This document shows positions 38,562 to 39,394 of a stretch of DNA of 39,394 bases, in pieces. Position 1 is the first letter of the stretch. Each line of letters opens with the position of its first letter. Under the pieces are notes generated by a model, which had not been told where the DNA came from, ran no database searches, and saw only the letters and a list, made by a program, of their open reading frames with translations. Both the position numbers and the translations under genes were made by a program. Source of the stretch: a virus (lineage: Duplodnaviria > Caudoviricetes); IMG/VR virus record IMGVR_UViG_3300020431_000428, positions 1-39,394 of that record; one strand, given 5' to 3'.

Positions 38562-38925
38562 CTATATTTTCTTCAATCTGTTTATGATATTTTACGAACT
38601 TTTCAGTTTCTTTTTTGTTAAGAAATGCAACAGAACCAAAACAAGGGTAACCGTTTACACCAGTTGGAAATGCATCTTTCATAAAAGAATAATACATAAA
38701 AGGTTTATTTTCTACTGTATCTTTCCTTTGTACAGGATTCATTAACATCAATGGCATAAACACCATGCCAAGGTCTTGTGCATCGCGAACTTGAAGACTC
38801 GTAAACACATCACCTCTATAACAACCTACCGCAAGTTCTTTTAACTCTTTATTGGTACGACCTTTATAGACCTTACGATCTTTTCTTTTTACTTTGTATT
38901 CTTTTATTTTACTCATCGTATTCAT
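38551..38925 (-). CDS. Hypothetical protein
   Basis: 124 aa, overlapping both neighbours; P.GVNGYPCF motif. Confidence 0.7.
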   Translation of the reverse strand: MNTMSKIKEYKVKRKDRKVYKGRTNKELKELAVGCYRGDVFTSLQVRDAQDLGMVFMPLMLMNPVQRKDTVENKPFMYYSFMKDAFPTGVNGYPCFGSVAFLNKKETEKFVKYHKQIEENIDAI

Positions 38926-39172
38926 ATAAATCCTCCCACGTTCCCATGGCCAATGCTGAAGTAGTTTTTAAACTATGGATAGTTTTGCCTATTCTTTTTA
39001 GATGTGCTAAATGCACAGGATCTCCTTTAAGCACCTTTGCTTTCCTTGTGCAGTATTTTGCATATTCTAATATTTCACCTTCTAGTTCTTCGTACCACCA
39101 TACTTTAGGATCATGCTCTGATGCTTTAGAGTGTTTTACATATGCCTTATCTAATTTAATTTCTTTTTTCAT
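38909..39172 (-). CDS. Hypothetical protein
   Basis: 87 aa; GGAG RBS; TAATG coupling. Confidence 0.7.
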   Translation of the reverse strand: MKKEIKLDKAYVKHSKASEHDPKVWWYEELEGEILEYAKYCTRKAKVLKGDPVHLAHLKRIGKTIHSLKTTSALAMGTWEDLYEYDE

Positions 39173-39393
39173 TAATCTCCCATCAATCCACTTAAAGCGA
39201 ACAAAGTTAAATCGCCAGGATTTTCAAATCCTATTTTTAATCTAGCGGAAGGATTGTCACCTTCTAACGATACATCATCAACAATAGAATATCTTCCGTG
39301 ACAATGCTCGTATATCCATGCATTAATATCTTCTACTTGTCCGTCAGTCCTCGGAGTGAGTGTTGTAGTAGTAAAGTGTGGAAGACAATACGA
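39172..39393 (-). CDS. Hypothetical protein, 5'-truncated by window edge
   Basis: Open frame ...INAWIYEHCHGRYSIV...IGFENPGDLTLFALSGLMGD*; its stop overlaps the ATG at 39172. Confidence 0.65.
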   Translation of the reverse strand, partial: SYCLPHFTTTTLTPRTDGQVEDINAWIYEHCHGRYSIVDDVSLEGDNPSARLKIGFENPGDLTLFALSGLMGD

Positions 39394-39394
39394 T

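Noticed and set aside
1-39394. CRISPR array, tRNA, DGR template repeat or IS element
   Set aside because: No spaced repeats, no non-coding gap with a recognisable cloverleaf, and no reverse transcriptase or transposase seen by eye.

Overview
AT-rich fragment of a large (jumbo/T4-like) tailed phage genome. 1-8119 (+): tail-fibre/virion genes. These include three paralogous fibre proteins (two ending in a YADLAENY chaperone-like module), a glycine-rich fibre carrying two tandem Hint (intein-like) domains, a GNAT-like protein and a Ser/Thr-rich virion protein. 8188-36823 (+): one almost gap-free, translationally coupled biosynthetic cluster of about 28.6 kb. It holds 12 radical SAM enzymes in three subfamilies (one domain-permuted), four GT-A-like and one GT-B-like glycosyltransferases, a UDP-glucose dehydrogenase, an SGNH-like protein, a methyltransferase, an SDR, a PLP enzyme, a NodU/TobZ-type carbamoyltransferase, an NAD epimerase, a 2OG-Fe(II) oxygenase, an MBD4-like glycosylase and small unannotated peptides. 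T4-like late-promoter motifs (TAAATA) precede both the fibre genes and the radical SAM runs. 36816-39394 (-): convergent small hypothetical genes, one with a sigma70-type promoter inside an inverted repeat. Best reading (inference): a late-expressed phage system that builds a heavily tailored glycan or other modification, probably for the virion fibres. All family calls come from motifs read by eye, not database searches. No rRNA, tRNA, CRISPR array or IS element was recognised.
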